64,000 bases of DNA from Candidatus Cryptobacteroides sp. GTDB lineage: Bacteria > Bacteroidota > Bacteroidia > Bacteroidales > UBA932. The translations under genes were made by a program, and so were the position numbers. The stretch covers positions 308 through 64,307 of the forward strand of contig JAZNAW010000105.1 in the NCBI GenBank assembly GCA_045586745.1, given 5' to 3'. Below are positions 1 through 9,471 of the stretch, piece by piece (within the stretch, counting starts at the first letter, position 1; the number at the start of each line of letters is the position of its first letter). The notes under the pieces were generated by a model. It saw only the letters and a program-made list of their open reading frames with translations, had not been told where the DNA came from and made no database searches.

Positions 1-1455
1 CCAAAGGGATGAGCCGCCATAACTTATGAATGGCAGCGGGATACCGATGACCGGCATAAGGCCGATTGTCATTCCGATGTTGATGAAAAGGTGCATGAAG
101 ATACAGCAAGCGACACAGTATCCGTAAATTCTGGTAAATGCCTCCCTGCTCCTTTCGGCATCCTTAATTATACGCCATATCAGGAATACATAGAGAAGGA
201 TGACGAAGGTGCATCCGATGAATCCCCATTCCTCTCCGATTGTACAGAAGATGAAGTCCGTACTCTGCTCCGGTACGAAACCGTAGGTGGTCTGTGTACC
301 GTTGAGGTAACCCTTTCCTGAAAATCCTCCCGAACCGATGGCAATCATCGACTGGTTTACATTATATCCCACTCCGGAAGGATCTTCCTTCATGCCCAGA
401 AGTACCTCGATACGCTTTCTCTGATGGTCCTGAAGCACTTCGTTGAAAAGGAAGTCCACGGAGAATACGAGAGCGATGCCTGCGATTGCTGAAATGATGG
501 CAAGATGGGTGAACATGTTCCTCTCTCTGAATGCCTGAAATATCACAAACGGTACAGCCAGCCCTATGGCTCCCAGCAGTATGTACAACGGTTTTATCTT
601 CGACAGGAAGCCGGCATCTTCTGCAGTGGTTTCTTCCAGGACAGTTTCTGCAAGTTCCGGATCCAGGGTCTGTCCGGCCGTTGTCATGGCTTCCAGAATG
701 TCAGGTACGAATGCGAACAGAACGATCAGAGGTACACATATGATGAGCCACCATTTGAATCTGCCTGAATAGAGGCATATGCAGAGGGATGCCACTCCTG
801 CAAGTACAAGGATCGCTACAAAAGGAGAGGCAGTAAGGGTCAGGATAAACAGCAGGATCGCCATTCCCACCATGAATATCAGCCAGCCGGAAAGTCCTTC
901 ACGATACAGCATGAATATGAATCCCACATAGACGAGGGCCGAACCTGTTTCGCTCTGACCTATGATGATCAGCATCGGCACAAGGATGATCAATGCCGTG
1001 ATTATAAAGTCCTTCCATCTTCCGATCCTGTACCCCAGCTGACTCATTACAGCGGCAAGCATCAGTGATGTGGATATCTTGGATATTTCCGCCGGCTGGA
1101 ACCTGACCGGACCGAATTCAAACCATGAACGGGAGCCTTTCACCTCGATTCCGAGAAAGATGACGGAAACCAGAAGCAGTATGACGAATGCATATATGGG
1201 CAGGGCTGCGCTTTCGTATATCCTTGGAGGAATGACGAACAGAATGAAGACCGCTATTCCAAGCGCCGTTGCCATCCATACGAACTGTTTTCCGCTCCGG
1301 CTTGCAAAGTCGAAGATTGATGCCGGTTCGGATGCATGCACAGACGCATAGATATTGGCCCATCCTATGAGGATGAGTATGAGCCAGCAGAAGACCAGAC
1401 TCCAGTCTATGGTCTTTGCTACTCCTCTGTTCCTGTATCCGCCTGCGCTTCTCAT
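1..1455 (-). CDS. rodA: Rod shape-determining protein RodA (SEDS family), 3' end beyond window edge
   Basis: Absent from the ORF track because it has no stop in the window. Read by hand from ATG at 1455: MRSAGGYRNRGVAKTIDWSLVFCWLILILIGWANIYAS...; contains FQPAEISK and ends at the edge with GLMPVIGIPLPFISYGGSSLW. Directly follows mrdA. Confidence 0.95.
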   Translation of the reverse strand, partial: MRSAGGYRNRGVAKTIDWSLVFCWLILILIGWANIYASVHASEPASIFDFASRSGKQFVWMATALGIAVFILFVIPPRIYESAALPIYAFVILLLVSVIFLGIEVKGSRSWFEFGPVRFQPAEISKISTSLMLAAVMSQLGYRIGRWKDFIITALIILVPMLIIIGQSETGSALVYVGFIFMLYREGLSGWLIFMVGMAILLFILTLTASPFVAILVLAGVASLCICLYSGRFKWWLIICVPLIVLFAFVPDILEAMTTAGQTLDPELAETVLEETTAEDAGFLSKIKPLYILLGAIGLAVPFVIFQAFRERNMFTHLAIISAIAGIALVFSVDFLFNEVLQDHQRKRIEVLLGMKEDPSGVGYNVNQSMIAIGSGGFSGKGYLNGTQTTYGFVPEQSTDFIFCTIGEEWGFIGCTFVILLYVFLIWRIIKDAERSREAFTRIYGYCVACCIFMHLFINIGMTIGLMPVIGIPLPFISYGGSSLW

Positions 1456-1459
1456 CTTA

Positions 1460-3301
1460 TTACTTTACCTTTACCCTGTCCAAAAGGTTTCCGTTCAACA
1501 TTCTTTCTTCAAGTGCCTTCCTTTCCGGACTAATCTCGCCGTTGAGATATTTTTCCGTAAGCAGGGATGCGATAGGTGCCGCCCATGTCGCTCCGAATCC
1601 TCCGTTCTCCACATATGCGGCGACAGCGATCTTAGGATTGTCCTTTGGAGCGAAGCATATGAACACCGAATGGTCGTTTCCATGCGGATTCTGCGCCGTT
1701 CCTGTCTTTCCGCAGATGTCAAGCCCTTCCACTGCCGCCACGCTTGCCGTTCCTCCGGATCCGTATCCGCTGTTCACGGCCCTGTACATACCTCCTATGA
1801 CCTTATGGAAATGGGTGGTGTCTACCATCGTGTAATTCTTCGTCTTGTATTTCTGGTCTATCTCCACGTTCTCAGAATCCTTGATGATATGAGGTGTATA
1901 GTAGAATCCGCGGTTGGCGATAGTCGCACAGAGGTTTGCCAGATGGAGAGGTGTACATCCGATCTCACCCTGTCCGATTGAAAGGGAAATCACTGTAGTC
2001 GCTTTCCAGCCACCTTTGCGATAGACCCTGTTGTAATATTTGGAATCAGGGATGTTTCCTCCGAGTTCGGACGGGAAGTCACTGCCGAGCTTCTGACCGA
2101 ATCCGAAACTCTTCACATACTCGTTCCATTTGTCCATGGCCTCGTCGATGGATCCATACTTAGGGTTCTCAAGAAGGTTACGGAGAACGTAGCAGTAGTA
2201 GGCGTTGCATGACATCATGATCGATTCCTCGAAGTTCAGCGGGGATTTATGGGCGTGGCATCCCAGCTTGTTACGTCCGAAATGGTATCCCATGTTGCAT
2301 GGATACTGGGTGTTCGGAGTGAACACTTCTTCCTGAAGGCCGATAAGTCCATTGACAAGCTTGAATACGGATCCGGGAGGATACGAAGCCTGTACGGCTC
2401 TGTTGAACATCGGCTTGTACGGGTCTGTGGATATGTCCTTGTAGTGCTGTCCGATGTTGGCAAGCTGGTCCACGTCTATTCCCGGACTTGACACCAGTGT
2501 CAGAATCTCTCCTGTCGAAGGCTCGATTGCGACAAGACTGCCGACCTTGTTATCCATCAGCATCTGTCCGTAGTGCTGGAGTTCGGCATCGATGGTTGTC
2601 GTTATGTCATCTCCCGGTACGGCTTCGACATCAAGTTCACCGTCCTTATATCTGGACTCTATCTTGTTCCGGGAGTTCCTCAACCAGATGTTGTAACCTT
2701 TTACGCCTCTAAGTTCCTTTTCGCGTGCAGCTTCTATGCCGGTCATTCCGGCATAGTCACCTGCCTTATATTCGCTAGGATGCCTCTCTATATAACTGGA
2801 GTTGACTTCCGATACATATCCGAGAAGGTTTCCTCCTGCATTGAACGGATACTCCCTGATGCTTCGTGCCTGTCCTCTGAATCCGGGGAACTTATAGGCC
2901 ACTTCTGCAAACTTCATGTACGTTTCTGGAGGAATCTGCTTCATCATCACCACCGACTGGTAGCCGATTCTTCGGCGGTTCCGGTAGAATTCGTCCATCT
3001 TCTCCTTTACGAATTCCGGAGTTATGTCCAGAACGCTGCATAGGGCCAGGGTATCGAACTTCTCCACTTCCTTGGGAGTCACCATAAGGTCGTATGCGAC
3101 CTTGTTTCCGACAAGGATGTTTCCGTTACGGTCATGGATGATGCCTCGTGTAGGGTAGATGGTAGTATATACCATCGTGTTGTTCTCAGCCGAGAGCTTG
3201 TACTTGTCTTCAAGTATCTGGATGCTGAAAAGTTTTGCTATGAGTATGAAAGCTGCCGTGCAGAGCCCGATGAGCAGTTTGTTTTCCCTGTTGAACTTCA
3301 T
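1460..3301 (-). CDS. mrdA: Penicillin-binding protein 2 (class B transpeptidase)
   Basis: N-terminal TM, RG.I.DRNG dimerisation motif, SVFK (SxxK), SCN (SxN), KTGTAQ; in mre operon. Confidence 0.95.
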   Translation of the reverse strand: MKFNRENKLLIGLCTAAFILIAKLFSIQILEDKYKLSAENNTMVYTTIYPTRGIIHDRNGNILVGNKVAYDLMVTPKEVEKFDTLALCSVLDITPEFVKEKMDEFYRNRRRIGYQSVVMMKQIPPETYMKFAEVAYKFPGFRGQARSIREYPFNAGGNLLGYVSEVNSSYIERHPSEYKAGDYAGMTGIEAAREKELRGVKGYNIWLRNSRNKIESRYKDGELDVEAVPGDDITTTIDAELQHYGQMLMDNKVGSLVAIEPSTGEILTLVSSPGIDVDQLANIGQHYKDISTDPYKPMFNRAVQASYPPGSVFKLVNGLIGLQEEVFTPNTQYPCNMGYHFGRNKLGCHAHKSPLNFEESIMMSCNAYYCYVLRNLLENPKYGSIDEAMDKWNEYVKSFGFGQKLGSDFPSELGGNIPDSKYYNRVYRKGGWKATTVISLSIGQGEIGCTPLHLANLCATIANRGFYYTPHIIKDSENVEIDQKYKTKNYTMVDTTHFHKVIGGMYRAVNSGYGSGGTASVAAVEGLDICGKTGTAQNPHGNDHSVFICFAPKDNPKIAVAAYVENGGFGATWAAPIASLLTEKYLNGEISPERKALEERMLNGNLLDRVKVK

Positions 3302-3312
3302 GCCGACGCCTC

Positions 3313-3825
3313 CTATTTGCGGTCATCGACCGTAAGAATGTTTGTCACGATAAGTGCCAGGATATAGTTGCATGCGAGAGACGCTCCTGTTCTTGCAAGA
3401 TTGAACCAGACCGGTCTCGCCCCTGCTCCGTCAAGGAATACGTATATACCCATGAAAAGAAGGATCGATATCAGAAGGATGAAGGAGATCTTTCCGATGC
3501 CGTTCTTTCTGAATGAGAAGCCGTCGCTTCTTGTAATGATGTCCTCTCCTAGGAAGAAGCGTATGAGAGGCTTTCGCATGAGAGCTACTGGTATGAGGGC
3601 AGCAGCGTTTATTCCGATCAGTCCTTCTGAAAGCCAGTCCACGGAAAGTCCGGTAACAAAGGCCAGCAGCATGCATAAAGGAGTGCTGACAGTCAGAGGG
3701 ACGCAGATTATCATCGCAGGAAGAATGGTGAGCATGATGTACGGGCTGAAGTCTGCAAAATTGCACAGCACCATCTGTCCAAGCACCATCAGGAAATAAA
3801 GCAATCCGAAATTCTGTGTCTTCAT
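3313..3825 (-). CDS. mreD: Rod shape-determining protein MreD
   Basis: 170-aa hydrophobic protein with AFVTGLSVD motif, between mreC and mrdA. Confidence 0.85.
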   Translation of the reverse strand: MKTQNFGLLYFLMVLGQMVLCNFADFSPYIMLTILPAMIICVPLTVSTPLCMLLAFVTGLSVDWLSEGLIGINAAALIPVALMRKPLIRFFLGEDIITRSDGFSFRKNGIGKISFILLISILLFMGIYVFLDGAGARPVWFNLARTGASLACNYILALIVTNILTVDDRK

Positions 3826-4640
3826 AGTCTTTCCTCCAGTTCCTTCATTTCTTCCTTGCCCATGTTCTCGACTATGGTGACATACCTCAATGCTCCAAAG
3901 TCCTCGAAGAGCGTTATATTGATCTCGTAGGTCGCACCGTTTACAATCCTTGCTTCCCCTACTTCTCCCAGAGGGATGTCAGGAGGAAATATGGATGAAT
4001 AGCCGCTTGTGTATACAGTATCTCCTTTCTCGAATTCGACATGGTGGGGAATCTCCCTGAGGATTGCTCCGTCGCTGGTCATCCCGTCCCATGCAAGAGG
4101 TCCCACAGCTCCTTCCTTGCCCAGTCTGGCGCTTATGTTCATCTCGTGGTTCCTGAATGACCTTGCATATGCATGATGTCTGCTCACGGCATCCACTATA
4201 CCTACAGCACCCTTTCCTGTGATGACTCCGGAACCTTCTGTGACTCCATCCTCGGATCCTTTGTCTATGATCATGTAGTTGTGCTGGCTGTTATTGCTGA
4301 TCTTGGCGATCTTGGCTGGAATGAACCTGTAGTTGTCAGACACGTTACCTGTAAGAGCTCCTTCAAGCCTTTCTTCCGGAAGGAGCGATTCCATCTGCTC
4401 CAGTCTCATGCGGAGTTCGAAGTTCTCCAAGGCAAGGGCGTCATTCTGTTCCTTCAGCGAGAAATAGTCGGAAATCTTCTGTGAACCGCCCCAGAAGAAG
4501 TCCATGACGTTCTGGGCTCCTCTGGACATCCATGTCCCCTGAAGTTCTCCGTTGTTCCTGAGCATATTCAATGCAGCCACCTCCAGAGTTACGAAGATGA
4601 CTGCATTGATCAGATGATATATGAGATTGCTTTTACGCAA
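3822..4640 (-). CDS. mreC: Rod shape-determining protein MreC
   Basis: TM + coiled coil, IDKGSEDGV, GDTVYTSGYSSIFPPDIPLG. Confidence 0.95.
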   Translation of the reverse strand: MRKSNLIYHLINAVIFVTLEVAALNMLRNNGELQGTWMSRGAQNVMDFFWGGSQKISDYFSLKEQNDALALENFELRMRLEQMESLLPEERLEGALTGNVSDNYRFIPAKIAKISNNSQHNYMIIDKGSEDGVTEGSGVITGKGAVGIVDAVSRHHAYARSFRNHEMNISARLGKEGAVGPLAWDGMTSDGAILREIPHHVEFEKGDTVYTSGYSSIFPPDIPLGEVGEARIVNGATYEINITLFEDFGALRYVTIVENMGKEEMKELEERL

Positions 4641-4644
4641 GGTT

Positions 4645-5667
4645 TTACCTCATGAGGAATGTGTAGTTCTCTGTATTCTTGAGCGCGAGGCATGTACCTC
4701 TCGCAACAGCCCTGAGGGGATCGTCTGCGACATAGAACGGGATGTTGATCTTCTCTGTCAGACGCTTTGCAAGTCCCCTGAGGAGCGATCCGCCTCCTGC
4801 GAGATGGATGCCGTTCTCCACGATGTCGGAGTACAGCTCCGGAGGAGTCTGCTCGAGTACATGGATGATGCCGCTCTCGATACGCGCTACCGACTTGTCG
4901 AGGCAGTGTGCGATCTCCTGATAAGTGATGGTAGCATGTACAGGGTGTGCTGTCATGAGGTTCGGACCTGTGATTGCATATGGATCCGGTTCCTCGTCAA
5001 GGTCAGGAAGCACGGCTCCGATGGCGATCTTGATCTTCTCTGCAGTGATCTGTCCGACCCTGATGTTGTGCTGCTGGCGGAGGTGCTGCTGGATGTCGCT
5101 TGTGAATACGTCTCCTGCAACCTTGATAGAGTCCTGCACCACGATACCTCCGAGGGAGATGACCGCGATTTCAGTTGTACCGCCTCCTATGTCCACAACC
5201 ATGTTTCCTTTAGGTGCCTCGACGTCAAGACCGATACCGAGGGCGGAAGCCATAGGCTCATAGATCAGATATACGTCACGTCCGCCTGCATGCTCCGATG
5301 AGTCACGCACCGCACGGATCTCCACTTCAGTAGAGCCGGAAGGGATACCTACCACCATCTTGATGTTAGGTGTGAAGATAGACCTGCGCTTGCTGTTCAC
5401 CTGCTTGATGAATCCGCGGATCATCATCTCCGCCGCGTTGAAGTCCGCGATCACGCCGTCCTTCATCGGGCGGACTGTCTTGATGCCCGGATTCTCCCTT
5501 TCCTGCATGAGCTTCGCCTTCTGTCCGAGGGCTATCGCCTTGCCTGTATTGTTGTCGATTGCCACGATGCTCGGCTCGTCCAGCACTATCTGGTCGTTCT
5601 GGAAGATGACCGTATTGGCTGTTCCGAGGTCCATCGCAATCTCTTGTGTCAAGAATGAAAATGCCAT
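4645..5667 (-). CDS. mreB: Actin-like rod shape-determining protein MreB
   Basis: DLGTANT, DGVIADF, VDIGGGTTE, LAGGGSLL. Confidence 0.97.
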   Translation of the reverse strand: MAFSFLTQEIAMDLGTANTVIFQNDQIVLDEPSIVAIDNNTGKAIALGQKAKLMQERENPGIKTVRPMKDGVIADFNAAEMMIRGFIKQVNSKRRSIFTPNIKMVVGIPSGSTEVEIRAVRDSSEHAGGRDVYLIYEPMASALGIGLDVEAPKGNMVVDIGGGTTEIAVISLGGIVVQDSIKVAGDVFTSDIQQHLRQQHNIRVGQITAEKIKIAIGAVLPDLDEEPDPYAITGPNLMTAHPVHATITYQEIAHCLDKSVARIESGIIHVLEQTPPELYSDIVENGIHLAGGGSLLRGLAKRLTEKINIPFYVADDPLRAVARGTCLALKNTENYTFLMR

Positions 5668-5749
5668 ATTTCTTATTCGTTTTTTTCGGGATTGATATTA
5701 AGGGCGTAAAATTACAAAATTTATTATTTTTGTGAAAACTTTTTTACTT

Positions 5750-6454
5750 ATGGGAAGAAAGAAATATGTGATAGTGATGGCTGCCGGAAGCGGTACAAGA
5801 ATGGGGGCGGACAAGCCTAAACAGTTCCTGGAAATTGACGGCAAGGCTATTCTTCAGATGACGATAGAGACCTTCTTCAAGGCATGTCCGGACATATCCG
5901 TGATCACGGTCCTTCCGGAGGCGCATATATCATATTGGAGGGAATACTGCCTCGACAATAACTTTACATATCCGCAGGTACTGGTAAAGGGAGGAATCAC
6001 CCGTTTCCATTCCGTAAGAAATGCGCTTGAAAAGGTTCCGGAGGGGGCAGTAGTGGCAGTCCATGACGGAGTCCGTCCTCTTGTTACGGCGGAGCTTGTC
6101 CGAGATATGTTCGAAAAGGCGGAAACGGAACAGGCGCTCATACCTGTCATCCCGTGTGTGGATACGATGAAAGTGCTCCGGAAGAAGGGAGACGCCCTCG
6201 TGCAGGTTCCCGGGGCTTTCGTAGACAGATCTGTACTTTTCGGAGCGCAGACCCCTCAGATATTCCATTCCGAAATCTTGAAGGATGCATATTCCCAGCC
6301 TTATGATACAGCCTTCACGGATGATGCTTCAGTTGTGGATAAATACGGAAAAAGCCTCTCCTATGTAATGGGGGAGAGGCTCAATATCAAGATAACGACG
6401 CAGGAGGATCTTGTCCTGGCGCGTGCTATTTTGTCTCTTTCTTCTTTTTCTTGA
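5750..6454 (+). CDS. ispD: 2-C-methyl-D-erythritol 4-phosphate cytidylyltransferase
   Basis: AAGSGTRMG..PKQF, VHDGVRP, QTPQ, TDDASV, NIKITT. ATG at 5750 preferred over GTG at 5732. Confidence 0.93.
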   Translation: MGRKKYVIVMAAGSGTRMGADKPKQFLEIDGKAILQMTIETFFKACPDISVITVLPEAHISYWREYCLDNNFTYPQVLVKGGITRFHSVRNALEKVPEGAVVAVHDGVRPLVTAELVRDMFEKAETEQALIPVIPCVDTMKVLRKKGDALVQVPGAFVDRSVLFGAQTPQIFHSEILKDAYSQPYDTAFTDDASVVDKYGKSLSYVMGERLNIKITTQEDLVLARAILSLSSFS

Positions 6455-6944
6455 CGCTTGCGGAGAAGCTGGTGTTCTGATACTCCTTGACCCAGACCTG
6501 ACGCTCGATCGCCTGGTCGAGGGATATCTGCGTTTCAGTCTGCTGCACGTAAGGAATCTTCTGGATTGTGTTCAGAAGTACCTGCATGAGGTGGTCGTGG
6601 TCGAAGCAGTATATCTTGATCAGGAGGTTGTGCTTGCCGGTCACGAAGTGGCATTCCACGACTTCCGAAATTTTCTTGAAAGACTCGATCACTTCAGGAT
6701 ACTTGTTCGCTTCGGAAAGCGATACGCTTACATATGCGCATACATTCAGTCCGAGGGCCTGTGGCTTCACGAGCAGACGGGAACCGGTTATGACACCGTT
6801 TGCCTCAAGCCTCTTTACCCTCTGATGAATGGCCGCACCCGATACGTTGCATTCTCTTGCAATCTCAAGAAACGGCATTCTTGCGTTCTTTACCAGATAA
6901 GAAAGAATCTTCTGGTCTATCTGGTCGATCTGATAGTTTGACAT
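6426..6944 (-). CDS. Lrp/AsnC family transcriptional regulator
   Basis: IDQIDQKIL..L..NARMPFLEIAR HTH and ECHFVTG RAM domain. Confidence 0.93.
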   Translation of the reverse strand: MSNYQIDQIDQKILSYLVKNARMPFLEIARECNVSGAAIHQRVKRLEANGVITGSRLLVKPQALGLNVCAYVSVSLSEANKYPEVIESFKKISEVVECHFVTGKHNLLIKIYCFDHDHLMQVLLNTIQKIPYVQQTETQISLDQAIERQVWVKEYQNTSFSASVKKKKKETK

Positions 6945-7001
6945 AGCCTTTTTATAACAAAATTAAGTCGCTAATTTAATGACAAATATGGAAAATGTCA
7001 A

Positions 7002-9329
7002 TTATTTGCGCTTTTTTTTGCGTCCGGTAGGCTCTGAATCCGCAATGATCTCCTTGCATCTGTCTTCTGTGAGCGTTGCAGGGTCTGTTCCTTTAGGAAT
7101 CTTGTAGTTCCCTCCGGCGTGCTTGATGTAAGGTCCGTAGTTTCCGTCAATTACCTGGATGTCACTTTCCTTATATTCTGCAATCACTCCTCCGGTCTTC
7201 TTGTTGAGGCTGTCTTCAATAAGGCTTATGCATGATTCCAGGTCGATCTTCATAGGGTCGGTTCCGCGCGGAAGTGACACATTCTTATCTCCGTACTTGA
7301 TGTATGGACCGAACCTTCCCTTTGTACATATGATGTCGATGCCTCCAAACTGTCCCACTGTGCGTGGCAGTTCAAAAAGCTTGAGCGCCTCCTCGAGGGT
7401 GATGCTTTCAATGAGCTGTCCGGGTGCAAGGCTTGCGTACTGCCTGTTCTCTCCTTCTCCTTTCTGGACATATGGCCCATATTGTCCGAAGCGTGCGACA
7501 AGAGGCTGGCCGTCTTTCGGGTCAGCACCGAGTTCGCGGCTTACATTGCTGTACTCCTTGTTGCTGAGAGTCTCCTGAACCTTCGTGTGAAATGGACCGT
7601 AGAAGTCTGAAATCACGCAGTTCCATACCATTTCTCCATCAGCGATCTTGTCGAAATCCTTCTCCACATTGGCTGTGAATCCGTAGTCGAGGATGGTCTC
7701 GAAGTTCTTTACCAGATAATCGGTGACTATCATTCCGATGTCCTGAGGAAGGAGGCGGCCCTTCTCTGCTCCGATTGTCTCGGTCTTTTCAACCGACTTT
7801 ATGATGCTGCCGTTGAGGATAAGGTTTGTCACCTGACGTTTCTCTCCGGTCTTGTCTCCCTTGATTATATACCCTCGTCCCTTTGTAAGGGTTGAGATTG
7901 TCGGTGCGTACGTGGACGGACGTCCGATGCCGAGTTCCTCGAGTTTCTTGACCAGGGTGGCTTCCGAATACCTTGACGGCGCCGCAGTGAATCTGCATTC
8001 TGCGGTTATTCCGTTCTCGAACATTCTGTCACCGATGTTCATCTCCGGCAGGATCACCATCTCGTCGTCCTGCTGCGGCTCGTCCGAACTTTCCATGTAA
8101 AGCTTTAGGAATCCTTCGAAAAGCACCTGGCTGGCCTGGACATTGAACTTCTCTTCACCCTTGTCAGACGATACCTTGATGTCAGTCTTCAGAATCCTTG
8201 CATCCGCCATCTGTGATGCCACTGTGCGCTTCCATATGAGTTCATAGAGCTTCTGCTCCTGAGGAGTTCCTTCGATGGATGTGTTCTCGATATATGTAGG
8301 ACGGATGGCCTCGTGGGCTTCCTGAGCACCCTTCGCCTTCGTCTTGTACTGTCTTACCTTTGAGTACTCCTCGCCGTAGTTGTTGCATATATGCTGCCTG
8401 GCCGTGTTTATTGCGAGTGAAGAAAGGTTGGTGGAGTCGGTACGCATGTATGTGATGAGTCCGCTCTCATACAGCCTCTGTGCCACGCTCATTGTCTGGC
8501 TTACAGACATTCTCAGCTTTCGTGCAGCCTCCTGCTGAAGTGTCGAGGTCGTGAACGGTGCGGCCGGGTAACGGTTTCCTTCCTTCTTCTCTATCCCGCA
8601 GATTGAGAATGATGCTCCAATGCATCTTTCGAGGAATGCACGGGCTGATTCAAGGTCCGGGAATCTGCGGTCAAGGGTAGCCTTTACCAGGGTCTTTTCC
8701 GGCGTTCCTTCCGGATGGAAAAGGGCATCGACCTTATAATACCTTTCGCTGTTGAATGCAAGAATCTCCCTCTCCCTGTCCACTACAAGACGGAGCGCAA
8801 CAGACTGCACCCTTCCGGCCGAAAGCTTGGGCTGTATCTTTCTCCAGAGTACAGGGGAAAGCTCGAATCCGACAAGACGGTCAAGCACGCGGCGTGCCTG
8901 CTGTGCGTTGACCAGGCTCATGTCTATCTCGCGTGGATTTGCAATTGCGTTGAGGATGGCAGGCTTTGTAATCTCGTGGAAGACAATACGTCTGGTATTC
9001 TCTTTCTTGAGGCCTAAGGTTTCAAAAAGATGCCACGAAATGGCTTCTCCTTCACGGTCTTCATCGGATGCAAGCCAGACGGTAGATGCTTCTTTTGCCG
9101 CTTTCTTCAGTTCTGAGACAACCTTCTTCTTGTCTGACGGTATGACGTATTCCGGTGCGAATCCGTTCTTTACATCAATGCTCAGTTCGTTGTCCTGAAG
9201 ATCTCTTATATGTCCGAAACTAGACTTTACTACATAGTCGTTTCCAAGATATTTCTGAATTGTTCCAGCTTTGGCCGGAGACTCCACTATCACAAGATTC
9301 TTTCCTTCCTTCATGCTCTGTTTCTCCAT
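7002..9329 (-). CDS. topA: DNA topoisomerase I (type IA)
   Basis: LVIVESPAKA, ASDEDREGE, SAGRVQS, LITYMRTDS, GIGRPSTY and C-terminal G(R/Q/N)(F/Y)GPY repeats. Start probably 9329 or 9314 rather than 9428. Confidence 0.96.
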   Translation of the reverse strand: MEKQSMKEGKNLVIVESPAKAGTIQKYLGNDYVVKSSFGHIRDLQDNELSIDVKNGFAPEYVIPSDKKKVVSELKKAAKEASTVWLASDEDREGEAISWHLFETLGLKKENTRRIVFHEITKPAILNAIANPREIDMSLVNAQQARRVLDRLVGFELSPVLWRKIQPKLSAGRVQSVALRLVVDREREILAFNSERYYKVDALFHPEGTPEKTLVKATLDRRFPDLESARAFLERCIGASFSICGIEKKEGNRYPAAPFTTSTLQQEAARKLRMSVSQTMSVAQRLYESGLITYMRTDSTNLSSLAINTARQHICNNYGEEYSKVRQYKTKAKGAQEAHEAIRPTYIENTSIEGTPQEQKLYELIWKRTVASQMADARILKTDIKVSSDKGEEKFNVQASQVLFEGFLKLYMESSDEPQQDDEMVILPEMNIGDRMFENGITAECRFTAAPSRYSEATLVKKLEELGIGRPSTYAPTISTLTKGRGYIIKGDKTGEKRQVTNLILNGSIIKSVEKTETIGAEKGRLLPQDIGMIVTDYLVKNFETILDYGFTANVEKDFDKIADGEMVWNCVISDFYGPFHTKVQETLSNKEYSNVSRELGADPKDGQPLVARFGQYGPYVQKGEGENRQYASLAPGQLIESITLEEALKLFELPRTVGQFGGIDIICTKGRFGPYIKYGDKNVSLPRGTDPMKIDLESCISLIEDSLNKKTGGVIAEYKESDIQVIDGNYGPYIKHAGGNYKIPKGTDPATLTEDRCKEIIADSEPTGRKKKRK

Positions 9330-9471
9330 TTTTTCAAAAGAAAGTGCAAAGTAAGGTACAAATCGGGCAATTTTCCAAATTTTGTTGCTAATTTTGTCTG
9401 TTTGAATCCCTCTATATAAAGGGGTCACCTAAAGGTGACGGATTTGTAAAAAATTTTGTCCGATATACTTT

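Noticed and set aside
91-1981. Plus-strand ORFs in the ORF track, and similar shadow ORFs throughout the window
   Set aside because: They are antisense or out-of-frame shadows of well-supported genes (here rodA and mrdA) and show no motifs.
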